A stretch of DNA of 64,000 nucleotides from Octopus sinensis (taxonomy: Eukaryota), in the NCBI RefSeq assembly GCF_006345805.1, contig NC_043005.1, forward strand, positions 49,104,001-49,168,000, given 5' to 3'. The translations under genes were made by a program, and so were the position numbers. Positions within the stretch are counted from its first letter, which is position 1. Each line of letters opens with the position of its first letter. Below, piece by piece: positions 14,895-27,920 of this stretch. A model generated the notes under the pieces. The model saw nothing but the letters and a program-made list of their open reading frames with translations, had not been told where the DNA came from and searched no databases.

Positions 14895-15280
14895 CCTCCG
14901 TGCCGGTGGCACATAAAAAGCACCATCCGATCATGGCCGTTGCCAGCCTTGCCTGGCCCCTGTGCCAGTGGCACGTAAAAAGCACCATCCGATCGTGGCC
15001 GTTGCCAGCCTTGCCTGGACCCTGTGCTGGTGGCACGTAAAAAGCACCATCCGACCGTGCCCATTTGCCAGCCCCGTCTGACAGCTGTGCTGGTGGCACG
15101 TAAAAAGTACCCACTACACTCACGGAGTGGTTGGCGTTAGGAAGGGCATCGAGCCGTAGAAACATTGCCAGATCAGACTGGGCATGGTGCAGCCTTCTGG
15201 TTTCCCAGACCCCAGTTGAACCGTCCAACCCATGCTAGCATGGAAAGCGGACACTAAATGATGATGATGATGATGATTTA
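14895..15280 (+). mobile_element. 5'-truncated RTE 3' end with (GAT)n tail, reference for many short copies
   Basis: Matches the 3' UTR of the 45.7-kb LINE. Other copies at about 15480-15650(-), 15820-16215(+), 16960-17385(-), 20705-20965(+), 21615-21880(-), 25005-25180(-), 29215-29400(-), 31258-31460(-), 45300-45515(+), 53190-53300(+) and 63785-64000(+). Confidence 0.9.
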
Positions 15281-16678
15281 TCATGTCACAACTACTGGGC
15301 ATCATAACTGAATGTGTTTGTGTTTATATTTCTTACTTTGCCTAAATATTAATGTCCACAATTTATTTCTTTATTTGATTAATCCTTTAGTATTCAGATT
15401 ATTCTGTCAAATGTAATACTAATTAATTCACATTGTTTTGAATTAATCAAGCATTATCATGCTGCTTTGAGATTTTGATGATGATCATCATTGCTTAATG
15501 TCTGCTTCCATACTGGCATAGGTGAGATAGTTTGAGACGAGCCAGCCAGGCAGAAACCTGCACCAGACTTCTGCAACTACTTTGGCAGGATCTTTACAGC
15601 TGGATGCTCTTCCTAACACCAACCACTCAGCAGAGTGGACTTGTGATTGTTTAGTTTTAGAATGACATTATAAGGTAGATGGAACTTTAAACCTTTTAGC
15701 ACTCAGATTATTTGGTCAAATGTAATGCTTATTTATTTACATTGTTTTTAATTAATCAAGCATTATCTTGTCACTAAGATTTTGATGATGTGATTGTTTA
15801 TTTTTAGAATGACAAAATGGTGAGAAAGGATCTACAAACTTTGGGACTCAGAGGGGATGATGGGGGACCGAGACTCCTGGTAGTTTGCTGTGCTTGAAAA
15901 GACATGTCCAGCTAAGTAAAAGCGTGTTTGCCCTTGATACAGGTTCGTCCCTTGCTCTCCAGTCAAGCATCCTTAATCTTGTGGGCTCAGAAGTGCTGAT
16001 GCCATGTAAAAATAACTCATACCAGTGCTGCATAAAAGCACCCAGTACACTCTGTAAAGTGGTTGGCATTAAGAAGGGCATCCAGCTGTAGGAACCATGC
16101 TAAAACAGACATGGAGCCTGAACAGCCCTTCAGCTGGTTAGCTTCTGTCAAACCATCCAATCCATGCTAGCATGGAAAATGGACATTAAATGATGATTAA
16201 GATGATGAATGACATTATAGGGTAGATGGGAGAAGTCAGATATGGCCAGTTTGAATATAAAACATGTAAAATAATTTGGCTAAATATGGCCGGTTTAAAT
16301 GTTAAAGGGTTAATTCACCCACTGGAAGACTGATCAAGTAAATTATTACACATTAATTCACATATTCAAAGAGCAAAGATAGACCAGCTGAAACATGATA
16401 AAAACACTAAACTCCCAACTAAAAGAAAATATTTACAGTTTGTTACTGTTATTGTAAGGTGAGGTAAGATTGGTACAATTAACCTGCTAACATTGTTATC
16501 CAACTCTGTCAAGTAAGACCTTGCAGGGTTTGATGAGACGTAACTGGTCTTTTCCTGACAACTGAAGGCAAGAATATTCAGGAATACGTCACTTTTGAAA
16601 CCAGATACTTTATCTGAAACAAACAATCATTTCACTCATTTCTGCACTCAAGACAATTATATTAAAGTGAGAACTTAC

Positions 16679-16766
16679 TTGAAATTTTTGAAGAGCTTTT
16701 CCTAAAGCTTCTATTGTTTCTACATCAAGGTGATTTGTAGGTTCATCAAGAATGAAGAAGTTGGGG
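16679..16766 (-). CDS. ABCF3: ABCF3 exon 18 (PNFFILDEPTNHLDVETIEALGKALQKFQ)
   Basis: ttcacag acceptor and GTAAGT donor; phases 2 to 0. Confidence 0.97.
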
Positions 16767-17714
16767 CTGTGAAAAAAAAGGAATATATGTAAGTATGTAT
16801 GCATATTTATGTGGGGGGGGGGAACACATGCATGAGTGGTAGTGTGTATGTGTGCATGTATGTGTATTATAGTAACTATTGCTCCATAATTTCAAGTTCC
16901 ATGCTGATGACTGCTTTTGTCGGTATAAACCAAAGTTATGAACACTTGTCATTTTAACTCATCATCATCATCATCATTTAACATCGGTTTTCCAAGCTGG
17001 CATGGGTTGGACAGTTTTGGCAAGAGCTAGCAAGCCAGAAGGCTGCACCAGACTCCAGTTGTCCATTTTGGCATGGTTTCTACAGCTGGAAACATTTTCT
17101 AACACCAACCATGTTACAGTGTGTACTTGGTGCTTTTTACATGAAACAAGCATGGATGCTTTTCACATAGCACCAGCATGAGTGCTTTTATGTAGTGCTT
17201 ACACGGATGCTTTTTACATGAAGCAAGGACAGACTTTTTTATGTGGTGCCTGCACAGGTGATTTTTACATGGCACCAACACAGGTGCATTTTTTTTTTTT
17301 TGTGGTGCCAACATGAGTGTTTTTTCTGTGACATTAACATGGGTGCTTTTTACGTGGTGCCAGCAGAGGTGCTTTTTACATGAATAAATAATTTTATTGA
17401 ATATTTTCCACTCTGTTTGTGAATCCAGATGCAAACTAATATATTTACTGACAATGGACTGGCAGAATCATTAGAGCATCAGATAAAATGCTTTGAGGTA
17501 TAAATTCTGAGCCATAATGCTCTATGTTCAAATCCCACCAAGGTCACCTCCCCAGAGTCGATAAAAATGAAGAACAGAACCAGTTCAATCAACTAACTCC
17601 TCCCTGCCAAATGTCTGGTATCATGTATGTGAAGCCCATCATACATGTGTGTGTGTGTGTGTATGTGTCTTTGAGTCCATCTCTCACCACCACCACAGTG
17701 CTTTTTGCATGGCA

Positions 17715-17747
<33 letters not shown>

Positions 17748-18201
17748 CTGTGTGTATGTGTGTTACTGTCCTCCTGTACTTTTTTTTTTCTCATTTTTAA
17801 CAAGACTCATTTTGTTTGAGAGAGAGAGAGAGAGATTGAACTGAATGAATACAGTAAATTAGTCTACTTAGTTTACCAACTTTTAACCATTTTATTACCA
17901 TGTTTATGTTGAAATATGTTGCCTTTGTTTCAATTAATTTTGAAAATAATGAAGAAGTTATTAAAATAACATTGACATTATTAAATTGGTGTTTGAGACA
18001 TTATATTAATTTTGATGGGACATTTTAATTCAGATCACTTTAAAATAGCGACTTTGTATCATAGACCCAAGGATAGTTTCAGTTGGGTCTGTAGGAAAAC
18101 GGTTAATGTAAATAGAAGACAAGGTTGGGATTGTTTGATACAAAACTGAATATGATAATATATTGATTGTAAAAAGAGTTAAGTCAAAAGAAATATATTA
18201 C

Positions 18202-18334
18202 CAAAGAACACTCATAGCAGCAAAAGCAACTCTACTTTTCTGTCCTCCTGATAGAGATGCTACAGAACGTGTTGCCAGTTCCCCTGTGACTCCGAATGAT
18301 CCAAGAATTGATCGATACATTTCAATTGGTTTAC
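18202..18334 (-). CDS. ABCF3: ABCF3 exon 17 (...SLSGGQKSRVAFA...)
   Basis: ttttcag acceptor and GTAATA donor; phases 1 to 2. Confidence 0.96.
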
Positions 18335-19886
18335 CTGAAAAGACAAAGAGAAAAAAATTTGTTATTAACCATTTCATTACCAACCAGGCTGAAATCGGCT
18401 CTGGCTCTGAGTACAAATGTCTTATTTTCCTACGTTTTGAATTAAAATCTTCCACCAAATCTTAGTTACAATTTATGTTCCTAACACTAGCTGAATGATA
18501 ACGAAGTTATTTTACTAAATTCTTTGTTATATTTAAAGTAACTGAAAGAAACACAGAGCATCTCAAAATAAATAAATTAACGAATGGGTTAAGTAGGTGC
18601 AGTTGTGACTCTGTGTTAAGGAGTTTGCTTTCCAACCATATGGTCAGGCCGAATGTGTGGCACCTTGGGCCAACCAAAGCTTTGTGAGTGGATTTGATAG
18701 ACAGAAACTGAAACAAACCTGTCGTTGGAGGGGGGGGGGTCTTTGTGTCTGTCTCCAACACTTGACAACTGGTGTTAGAGTGTTTAGGTCCCTGTAACAT
18801 AGCAGTTCAACAAAAGGGGTGGATAGAATAAATACCAGGCTTTAAAAAAAAACATAAGTACTAGGGTTAATTCTTTGGACTAAAAATTCTTCAAGGAAGT
18901 ACCCCAGCATAGCTGCAGTCTAATGAGTGAAATGTGTAAAAGATAAAAGAAGTGGTGAGGCATGGTAGTAAGTTCTCAGATTTAATTTCAAATAGAACCA
19001 TTTCACATATCACTTAGAAAGATAAGGATGTCAGAATTTCCCTTTATATTGAAAGCTTCATGTTTACATTCCTTATTGACAACAGTAGATCATCATCATC
19101 ATCATTTTAACATCCACTTTTCCATCCCTGCATGGGTCAGACAGAGTTTACTTAGGCAAATTTACCACAGCTGGATGCCCCTCATGTTGCCCACCTTCCA
19201 TTTTCAAGCAAGGTAATATTTTGCCATTGATAGACATATTTTTGTAGAATATTGGAATCATTTTCCAACTAACATGTGATGTCAAGATAAGGAGACACAA
19301 ACATCAAGGAAATAGGTACAGTAGCTGAAACAAGTTCAATATGGTTATGGTTGATAAGAGACCGCAAGTGGAGCCCTTCTGTAGGTGAAAACTAGATCAG
19401 TCCTAGCTGCCTCACTCAGGTGAAGTGTACAGGCTAAGGCACAAAACGTCTGTGACCCTAAGATATCTACTGACGACATGGAAAAGTTTCCAGCATTACA
19501 AAGGATATAGAAGTGCTTGCAAAAATCCTGAGTAACTCCTGCAGGGTACAGGTCCTCTTGAGTACACAGCACCCTCAGCAAGTAATTTCTAGCATAGCCT
19601 GATCCAACCAATAATTGGTGAGTGAATTTGGTAGATTGAAACAGTGCAGAAGGAGAGAGAGCAAGAGAGACAGAGAGAGTGTGTGTGTGTGTGTATGAAA
19701 GTGTGTATGCAGGTGTGCATGCTGCATTTCTATGTGCACATGTATGTATTTGCATCTGTTTCTCACAGGCACAAACGCCACAACCACCACCACTACTTGA
19801 CAAGCAGTGTTGTCTTTTTTTGGTTTATGTCTCCATAACTTAGCAGTTTGACAAAAAAAGACCAAGAGAATAAGTGCCAGGCTTAA

Positions 19887-20107
19887 CCCTTTCGTTACCA
19901 ACCTGGCTGAAACCGGCTCTAGCTCTGTAGTACAAATGTCTTGTTTTCATAAGTTTTGAATTAAAATCTTCTACCAAACTTTAGTCATAATTTATGTTCC
20001 TAACACTAGCTGAATGACAGCTAAGTTATTTTGCTAAATTCTTTGATATATTTTAAATAATTGAAAGAAACACAGGACATCTCAAAATAAATACAGTAAC
20101 GAAAGGG
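19887..20107. mobile_element. piggyBac-type MITE, family M1
   Basis: Perfect 12-bp TIR CCCTTTCGTTAC with TTAA on both sides; interrupts a SINE at its ggcTTAA site. Related copies at 18369-18588 and 29776-29978. Confidence 0.88.
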
Positions 20108-20233
20108 TTAAGAAAAGAAACATAAGTACCAGGATCAATTTGTTTCAAACCCTTCAAGGCAGCACACCAGCACAACTGCCATTCAATGACTGAGACAAAT
20201 AAAAGACACAACAGGTATTGGCAAGAAACTTAC

Positions 20234-20414
20234 CTGTGTATCGCAATGCCAATAGTTCTATGGATGATATATCCATTTCAAGCTGGTCCACATGATGTTG
20301 GCTGAAATAGCCAATTTTCAAATTTCTATGAGCATTTCGTAAACCTTTCACAGGGTTTAATTCGCCAAGTAAAATCTTTAGAAGTGTAGTTTTACCAGCA
20401 CCGTTTTCACCAAC
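20234..20414 (-). CDS. ABCF3: ABCF3 exon 16 (Walker A2: VGENGAGKTT...GYFSQHHVDQL)
   Basis: tttcag acceptor and GTAAGT donor; phases 0 to 1. Confidence 0.97.
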
Positions 20415-22101
20415 CTGAAACAAAAACAGTATACGGTAAGAAATGAGTCTAAATATAGTGTCTCAAAGTAAAAGTTCAAGTCTTGCTGTGATTTCAAACC
20501 TAGCTACAGTCATTATGTTGCATCTTTAGAAAATAGATAATCATGGTAATATAGAGAAATACAGATCGACAGAAATGAATTGTATTCTGCAGACAATACC
20601 ATTTAGAATATATTTTATAGGGAACAGTGAAACTTCAAGCTGATATAGCTATAATTTTAACAATGAGTTAAAAAACCCTCGAGACAGAAAAAGTCAAAAA
20701 CTGCCCATGCTTTGGTCAAATGCCACATAAAAAGCACCAGTGTTGGTGCCACATAAAAAGCACTGTTGATAGAGCCATGTATAAAGCACTGGTGATGGTG
20801 CCACATAAAAAGCACTGGTGCTGATGCCACATAAAGTAGTTGATTGTCAGGGAAGGTATCCAGCTGTAGAAGCCATACCAAAGCACATGATGGAACCTAA
20901 GTCAGCTCCTGGCCTTGCCATCATGGAAAACTGATATTAAATGATGATGATGATGATGATGACAGGACATCTGTCATGTTTGCTGAAGATGTGGATTTAT
21001 GTTCCAAAGGCAGCCTTTGACATTTTCTCTCCAAAGGGCTTTCTAGCCAAATATTTTACATGCTATTAATTATAGCTTTATCAACTTCAAGTTAAACTGT
21101 TCCAGAAAGAACTATTTCATGTTCTCTCAAAGTTTCAAAATTCTTATGATGTCAACAAATAAAAAATTTTTTTTTCTCACAATTTTGCAACTCTGGTTGC
21201 TACTAGGTAACCAACCTGTGTTGCAAAAATGTTACAGATGGTGTAAAAAATTTTTTTAAAACTATAATCTCACGGACACTAAACTTCCACTTTATGATAT
21301 GGAAAAATAAGCAAAGTAAATATAATTATTTGTTACAGGGTCTTCAAGTAATCCACATTATTTGAAAGTAAAACTTCAAAGTCACATGAGGAAACTTGGG
21401 CAAGTGTCTAGTGTGCTACTATAGCCCAGGGTCAACTAATGCCTTGTGAATGAATGTTGATGACAGAAACTGCCCCCCACTCACCTACCATGACTACCAC
21501 TGTTTGACAACCAGGGTTAGTTTGTTTACGCATGCGAAACTTAACATTTCAGCAAATACACTGATAAAATTAGTACCAGACGTTGACCCAGCAGCATTTA
21601 GATTATTCAGATTACATCATCATCGTCATTTAACGTCCACCTTCTATGCTGGCATGAGTTGGACGGTTTGACAGGAACTGGCCAAGTAGAAGACTGCACC
21701 AGACTTCTGTGTCTGTTTTGGCACGGTTTCTCGGCTGAATGCCATTCCTAACACCAACCACCCAACAGAGTGGACTGAATGCATTTTTATGTTGCACAAG
21801 CACAGGCAAAGTCAGTTTTGGCATTGTTTTTACAGCTGGATGCCCTTCCAAGTGCCAACCACTTTACAGTGTAGACTGTCAAATTGTTTTGAATTAAACA
21901 TGCATTATCTCATAGCTTTGAGATTTTGATGATGTGATTGTTTACTTCTAGATTGCTGTTGTAGGGTAGGTGTGAGAGGCCAAACATGGCTGGTTTGAAC
22001 ATAATAAAACAGGTAGAATATTTCTGCCGGTTATGGCCGGTTTAAATCCTAAAGTATTAAATATAATCAAAAATGGGATCAAAATAAAAGACACTACTTA
22101 C

Positions 22102-22231
22102 AATACAAATACGGGATTCCATAGAGGCACTAACACAGATATTGTGAAATATTACTTGATCTTCACTATAATAAAATGTAACTTCATCCAGTTGTAAAAT
22201 TGGAGGTGATAATTTATTACATTCAGGAAAT
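22102..22231 (-). CDS. ABCF3: ABCF3 exon 15 (FPECNKLSPPILQLDEV...SRICI)
   Basis: ttatag acceptor and GTAAGT donor; phases 2 to 0. Confidence 0.96.
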
Positions 22232-24387
22232 CTATAAAACAAAAAAAATAATAAATAAATAAAAAAATAAACAAGTAGGCACAAGCATGGTTGTGTGGTG
22301 AGAAGCTTGCTTCCCAACTACATGGTCCCAGGTTCAGTTGCACTGCATGGTACTTTGGGCAAGTGTCTTCTACTATAGCCTTCTGCTCACCAAAGCCTTG
22401 TGAATGGATTTGGTAGATGGAAACTGAAAATAGCCCACTGTGTGTGTGTGTGCGCACGTGCACGCGTGTGCATGTATGTATCAAAAGGATGTGTTACAAT
22501 ACTATTCCACATAAACAAAAACAGCCATACCAACAATCCAACATACCTCCATCATCAGCTGCCCCACAGATATCATTATGGTTTTGACACCTGGGCAGTA
22601 CCATTCAATCCGGTGGTGTCAACAGCACTAAAATAAGTGTTGTCTGGGAACAAACAAACCAAAGAAACCACAACTTTCAAACACATTTACCCCAATGGCA
22701 TTCATATCAGTAAATAAATTTAATAAGTAAATTACAACCACCTCCTAAATACGTAGCTAAACAGCAACCAATCCATTAAGTCATATGTATCTTTATGTAT
22801 GTGTTTGTTCTTCACCACCACTTAACAACCAGTGTTGGTACATTTACATCCCCATAACTTAGCAGTTTGGTAAAAGAAAGATAGAAAAAGTACTAGGCTT
22901 TACAAAATAAGTACTGGGATCAATAAGTTTGACTAGAATTCTTCAAGGCAATGCCCCCAGCATGGTCACATTCTAATGACAAACAAGTAAATATATAACA
23001 GGAAAAAGTATGAGACAATAACATATATTTTATATTTAACCCTTTTGTTGCTATATTTCTGCTATAGTTCAATCAATTTCTAAAATAATGAAGTAATTGA
23101 TAAAGCAATTATAATTATTAACCATCTCATAAATGGAGGCACGTGGCTTAGTGGTTAGGGTGTAGGACTCATGGCCATAAGATTGTGGTTTCGATTCATG
23201 GATCAGGCAATGCGTTGTGTTCTTGAGCAAAACACTACATTTCGCTTTGCTCCAGTCCACTCAGCTGGCAAAAATAAGTTATCCTGTGACAGACAGGTGT
23301 CCTGTCTAGATGGGGAATTTACATGCTATGGAAACTGGGAAACCAGCCCTTATGAGTCAACATGACTTGGGACAGTAACTTTACCTATAATTATTAAACT
23401 GGTGTAAATTAACATGAAATTTAGATGGGAGGTTTCAATTTAGACCACTTTAAAACAGGAAATTTGTATCACAGAACAAAGGTGTGGTCTCAGGTAGTTG
23501 GTATCAAAAAGGTTAACTCTTTCTACCTTTTCTACAACTACTGCAATGTCCTCTGTTCCACCAAACAGACTTGTCACTTCCACCGACACTCTCAACTCCA
23601 TCCTTCACTCTTTCAATTATTATGCATGTTGTATTCACCACCATCTCATGCCTTTCACTAATCACTATCTTGGGTTGGCTTTTGGATACCTTTAGTGTAC
23701 CTTTTGGTACCTTTACCACAAGCATTTGGTCCAGGATTCCAGTCACATGATAACCCAATATCTTGAAATATGACTTCCTACTCCAACAAACTAAGAATCA
23801 TCATTTGTTCCTCCCTCTCTTCTACTAGTCCCTTGTAACCTATGAACAGTCAGGGGCACAGCACTATGCCAAAAATTAAAAAAACAAAAAACCCTTTTAT
23901 TACTCAAACAGGCAGATTGCCTTTGTCACAAAGAGAAACCTTGTCTATCCCCTTAATTTTTTAGCATTCAGATTACTCTATAAAATATAATGCTTATTTA
24001 TTCACACACTGTTTTGAATTAACTGTGCATGATCTCATAGCTTCAAGATTCTGATGATACAATTGTATGTTTTTAGAAAGATATCATAGGTAGATGTGAG
24101 AGACTGCATTTGGCTAGCTTGAACATAAAACAGGAAGAATATTTGGGTTGCATGCAGCCAGCTTAACTTGTTAGCATTTAAACTGGTCATATCAGACCCG
24201 AACATTCTACCTTGTTTTTACTATGATCAAACTTGCCAGATTCAGCTTCTTACACCTACCCTACAATTTCATTCTAGAAACAAACAATCACATCATCAAA
24301 ATCTTGAAGTTATGAGATAATGCGTGATTAATTCAAAACAATGTGAATCGGTAAGCATTACATTTGAGAGAGTAGTCTGAATATTAA

Positions 24388-24588
24388 CCCCTTGCAGACA
24401 GGTAGCAATACTGACTGCATCAAAACACTGTCTCATTCTGTGTGGCACCGTGTTTTCAACTATACTACACTGAGAAGAATCTGTAAACATACACTGTAAA
24501 ATTCTTGTATAAAAAGTTATGTAATTACGGGACGGCCTAATACCAGTACACAGCACAGACTGTCAGTACAAAATCCGTCTGCAAGGGG
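24388..24588. mobile_element. piggyBac-type MITE family M3, inserted at the end of an M2 copy
   Basis: Perfect 12-bp TIR CCCCTTGCAGAC; TTAA at 24384-87 and 24589-92. Confidence 0.85.
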
Positions 24589-24682
24589 TTAAAGAGCTAA
24601 ATGCTAAAGAGTCAAACACAAACTACCAACTTCTACTTTTTTGTTTTGCTTCTGAATTCGATGAATTGAAAAAAAAACTTAC

Positions 24683-24727
24683 TTGAGTATAACCTCACTT
24701 TCTTTGGCAACAGGTTTCAGTTCAGGG
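24683..24727 (-). CDS. ABCF3: ABCF3 exon 14 (PELKPVAKESEVIL)
   Basis: ttgtag acceptor and GTAAGT donor; phase 2-2. Confidence 0.95.
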
Positions 24728-25425
24728 CTACAAAACATAGTTCAAAAGAAATTAATGTATGTTAAGAAATGTTAATAGGAATTTTTAAAATAATCTAAAC
24801 TTTTTTGCCTTGTTCTAAACAGTGAAGACAAACAAAATTCATATCAATAAGATTAAATTTCTAAAGCAAGACTTCAATTAAAAAAAAAAAATTTTAAATA
24901 AGATATTTTAGAAGTTCTTTCTTTATTTTCAAACTTTTCATTTGTGTTAAAAAATAAATATTAATAGGAATCAAAAATATCAATAATGTTAAATATTAAT
25001 CATCATCATCATTTGATATGTTTTCCTCGCTGACATGGATTGGAAGATTTGACAGGAGCTGGCAAGGCCAGGAGCCACACCAGGTTCCATAGTCTGTTTT
25101 GACATGGTTTCTACAGCTTGATGCCCTTCCTAATGCCAACCACTTTAGAGTGTACTGGGTGCTTTTTATGTGGCACCATGGTCTTTACTCTTTTTATATG
25201 GGTATCCATCATTAGTGGATATCTTACATAAATTTGCAAGGGACTCCACAAATGTATGGCTCCTTTCTTGCTAACACTGTCTGAGAATTCACAGATGTAG
25301 CGCTATCATCATTTTGAACCCTTAATAACATATCTTTCCAAAATCTTTCTTTTTGTTATGTGAGGAGTAAAATAAACAAGTAATAATATAAAAGCAAAAA
25401 TAAATGAACCAATAAGGTGACTTAC

Positions 25426-25502
25426 AGTTTCTCAAGCAGTTTAAGTTTACTTTGTACTTGTGAAGCACGATTAGCATTATAACGAAATCGGTCAATGAAC
25501 AC
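25426..25502 (-). CDS. ABCF3: ABCF3 exon 13 (VFIDRFRYNANRASQVQSKLKLLEK)
   Basis: ttttcag acceptor and GTAAGT donor; phases 0 to 2. Confidence 0.96.
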
Positions 25503-26196
25503 CTGAAAAAAGAAACAAAGAATATTAGAAAGAGTTTGAGATTCATTATACAAAGAAGGTGCAGAAAAAAATCATTCTTTTATTTGTTTGTTATTTGACT
25601 GCGGCCATACTGGGGCACCACCTTTAGTCGAGCAAATCGACCCCAGGGTTTATTCTTTGTAAGCCTAGTACTTATTCTATTGGTCTCTTTTGTCAAACCA
25701 CTAAGTTACAGGGAGATAAACACACCAGGATTGGTTGTCAAGCAATGTTGGGGGGACAAATACAGACATACACACACATACATACATCTACAATAAGCCT
25801 CTTTCAGTTTCCATCTACAAATCCACTCACAAGGTTTTGATCGGCCCAAGGCTATAGTAGAAAACACTTTCCCAACATGCCACATAGTGAGACTGAACCC
25901 GAAACCATGTGGTTGGTAAGCAAATAAATTTTAAGAAAACAAAAACATTTCTAAAACTGTGTTTACAGCATGATAAAATGCAGAAAGGAAACAAAATAGT
26001 GTATTTTTTTTTTTTACTTTCTGTACAGATTATACTTTTATAAGCATATAATAATCTTGGCTCTACCTTGAAGAATTTTTAGTCAAAAGAATCAACTCCA
26101 GTACTTTTTTTATAAGTCTATTGGTCTCTCTTTCACTGAACAGGGACATTAACACACTAACATCAGTTGTCAAGCAATGCTGGGTGACAAACAAGT

Positions 26197-26249
<53 letters not shown>

Positions 26250-26919
26250 ATGGGCTTCTTTCAGTTTCCCTCTACCAAATCCGCTCACAAGGCTTTGGTT
26301 AGCCCCAGGCTATAGTGGAAGACACTTGCCCAAGTTGACATGCAGTAGGATTGAACAAAGAACCATGTGGTTGGGAAGCAAGCTTCTTACCACACAGCCA
26401 CACCTGCACTTACATCTAAAGCCTTTTTTGTTGTTGTTTTTTTTCTTCATTTACAAAAACAAGATTTATACAGGATTTTCTTTGTAGGTGTATCAATGGA
26501 CAGATTGTAGGACAGACAGAAAGATGATTTTGTTTTTTTAGCTAGTTTTAGTCATTGAACTGTGGCCATGCTGGGGCTCAGACTTCAAGAGATAATTAAA
26601 TCAACACACTCCATCCACACAGTATTTTTGTCAGCCTTGGAAGGATGGCATTTAAAGACAACCTGATCAGTATCTCAACTCAAAAGAAATGCCATAAGAC
26701 ACTTTGTACTGATTGTGCAAATAATTTTTTCAAGGTGCTCAAAAGGCTTTGGTCAACCCGAGGCTATAGTAGAAAACGCTTGCCCAAGGTTCCACACAGT
26801 GGGACTGAACCTAGTGTCATGTGGTTGGAAAGCAAACTTCTTACCATGCAGTCACAAAATGCACAGTAGTAGTAGTTAGCAGTTATAGCACAGGTAAAAT
26901 AAATACTTTACACTCTCTA

Positions 26920-27480
26920 GGAAACTCTGTAAAAGTAGCTGATAGTTTCTATCACCTAGGCCAGTTAGGTAACTGGCATAAGGTTTTCTGAAAGTGGTTG
27001 TCAGAATAAAAATAAGATGGAAAAAGTTCCAGGAGTTATTACTTCTGCTGACAATAAGGAAATTCTCTTAGCAGACTAAACTGTATGGTGCTTGTGTGTG
27101 AACAATGATGTTGCATGACAGTGAGTTGTGGGAGCTGAATGCTGTGGAAATGCAAAGGTTAGAGAGAAATGAATGCGTAATATTAAAGTACAGATGAGCT
27201 CAAAGGTAAACTAGGTACAAAAAAAAAATCACAATGCAAGGGAGACAACTGCATTTTTATGGGCATGTAATGCATCAGTAAACAGTGACTGATCCGAGTT
27301 GTAAGAAAATACAGAAGACCAAAGAAGAAATATGCAGAAGTAGTAAAAATTGATCTCAAGGTGTTGAACCTCACAAAGGAGATGACAAAGAAATGCAACA
27401 GATGGTAAAACTCTGTACTGAAAAGGACCCATCCAAACCACATAAACATGGAAAGAGCAGGTGTAAAAATAATGTTAATT
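26920..27480 (+). mobile_element. Decayed C-terminal fragment of the same RTE family
   Basis: Degenerate translation VADSFYHLG...KKFQELLLLL...KLYGACV...MLHDSELW parallels the C-terminus of the 46-kb LINE. Confidence 0.7.
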
Positions 27481-27719
27481 GCTGATAGGAACACCATATT
27501 TCGTTACGCAACCATAATATACTACCAAGTATATTGAAGGCTTATAAGTCAATGCTGTGCCCCACCAGTGTTATTAATTCACTTTTTAAACCCATTTTCT
27601 ATCTTCGATTGCATTCCTTACATAGGCGTATTTGTATATGAAACATCATAACAAATCGAATATCTGTAGAGGTAACTTTATAAAGTAAAGACAATGATGA
27701 TGATAATGCTGATACATGC

Positions 27720-27920
27720 CTGAATATGTTCTCTGTATTGTTGTTGTGCTTCATATTCTTTTTGTTGATTTTTTAATCTGTCTTCGCGACTCTTCATAAA
27801 TGTTTCATAATTTCCTTTGTAGGTGTCGATACGACCACTGTGTAAATATAAGATGTCTGTGGCAACTGCATTTAAGAACTGTCTGTCGTGAGATACAACT
27901 AGAATTGTTGACGTCCACGT
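27720..27920 (-). CDS. ABCF3: ABCF3 exon 12 (TWTSTILVVSHDRQFLN...QYREHIQ)
   Basis: cctag acceptor; ends at the non-canonical donor CAG|GCATGT; 67 codons. Confidence 0.94.

Noticed and set aside
14677-15305. ORFs with repeated GTGSRQGWQRPRSDG/CHWHVKSTIRS peptides (also 45689-46316 and 63739-63999)
   Set aside because: Incidental translations of the RTE 3' UTR tandem modules.
17125-17385. CRISPR-like repeat-spacer appearance
   Set aside because: Units are degenerate, the spacers are very short and related to each other, there are no cas genes, and the motif derives from the RTE 3' UTR in a eukaryotic intron.
27714-27716. GT donor 4 nt into intron 12 as an alternative to the GC donor
   Set aside because: It would shift exon 13 out of frame and destroy VFIDRFRY.
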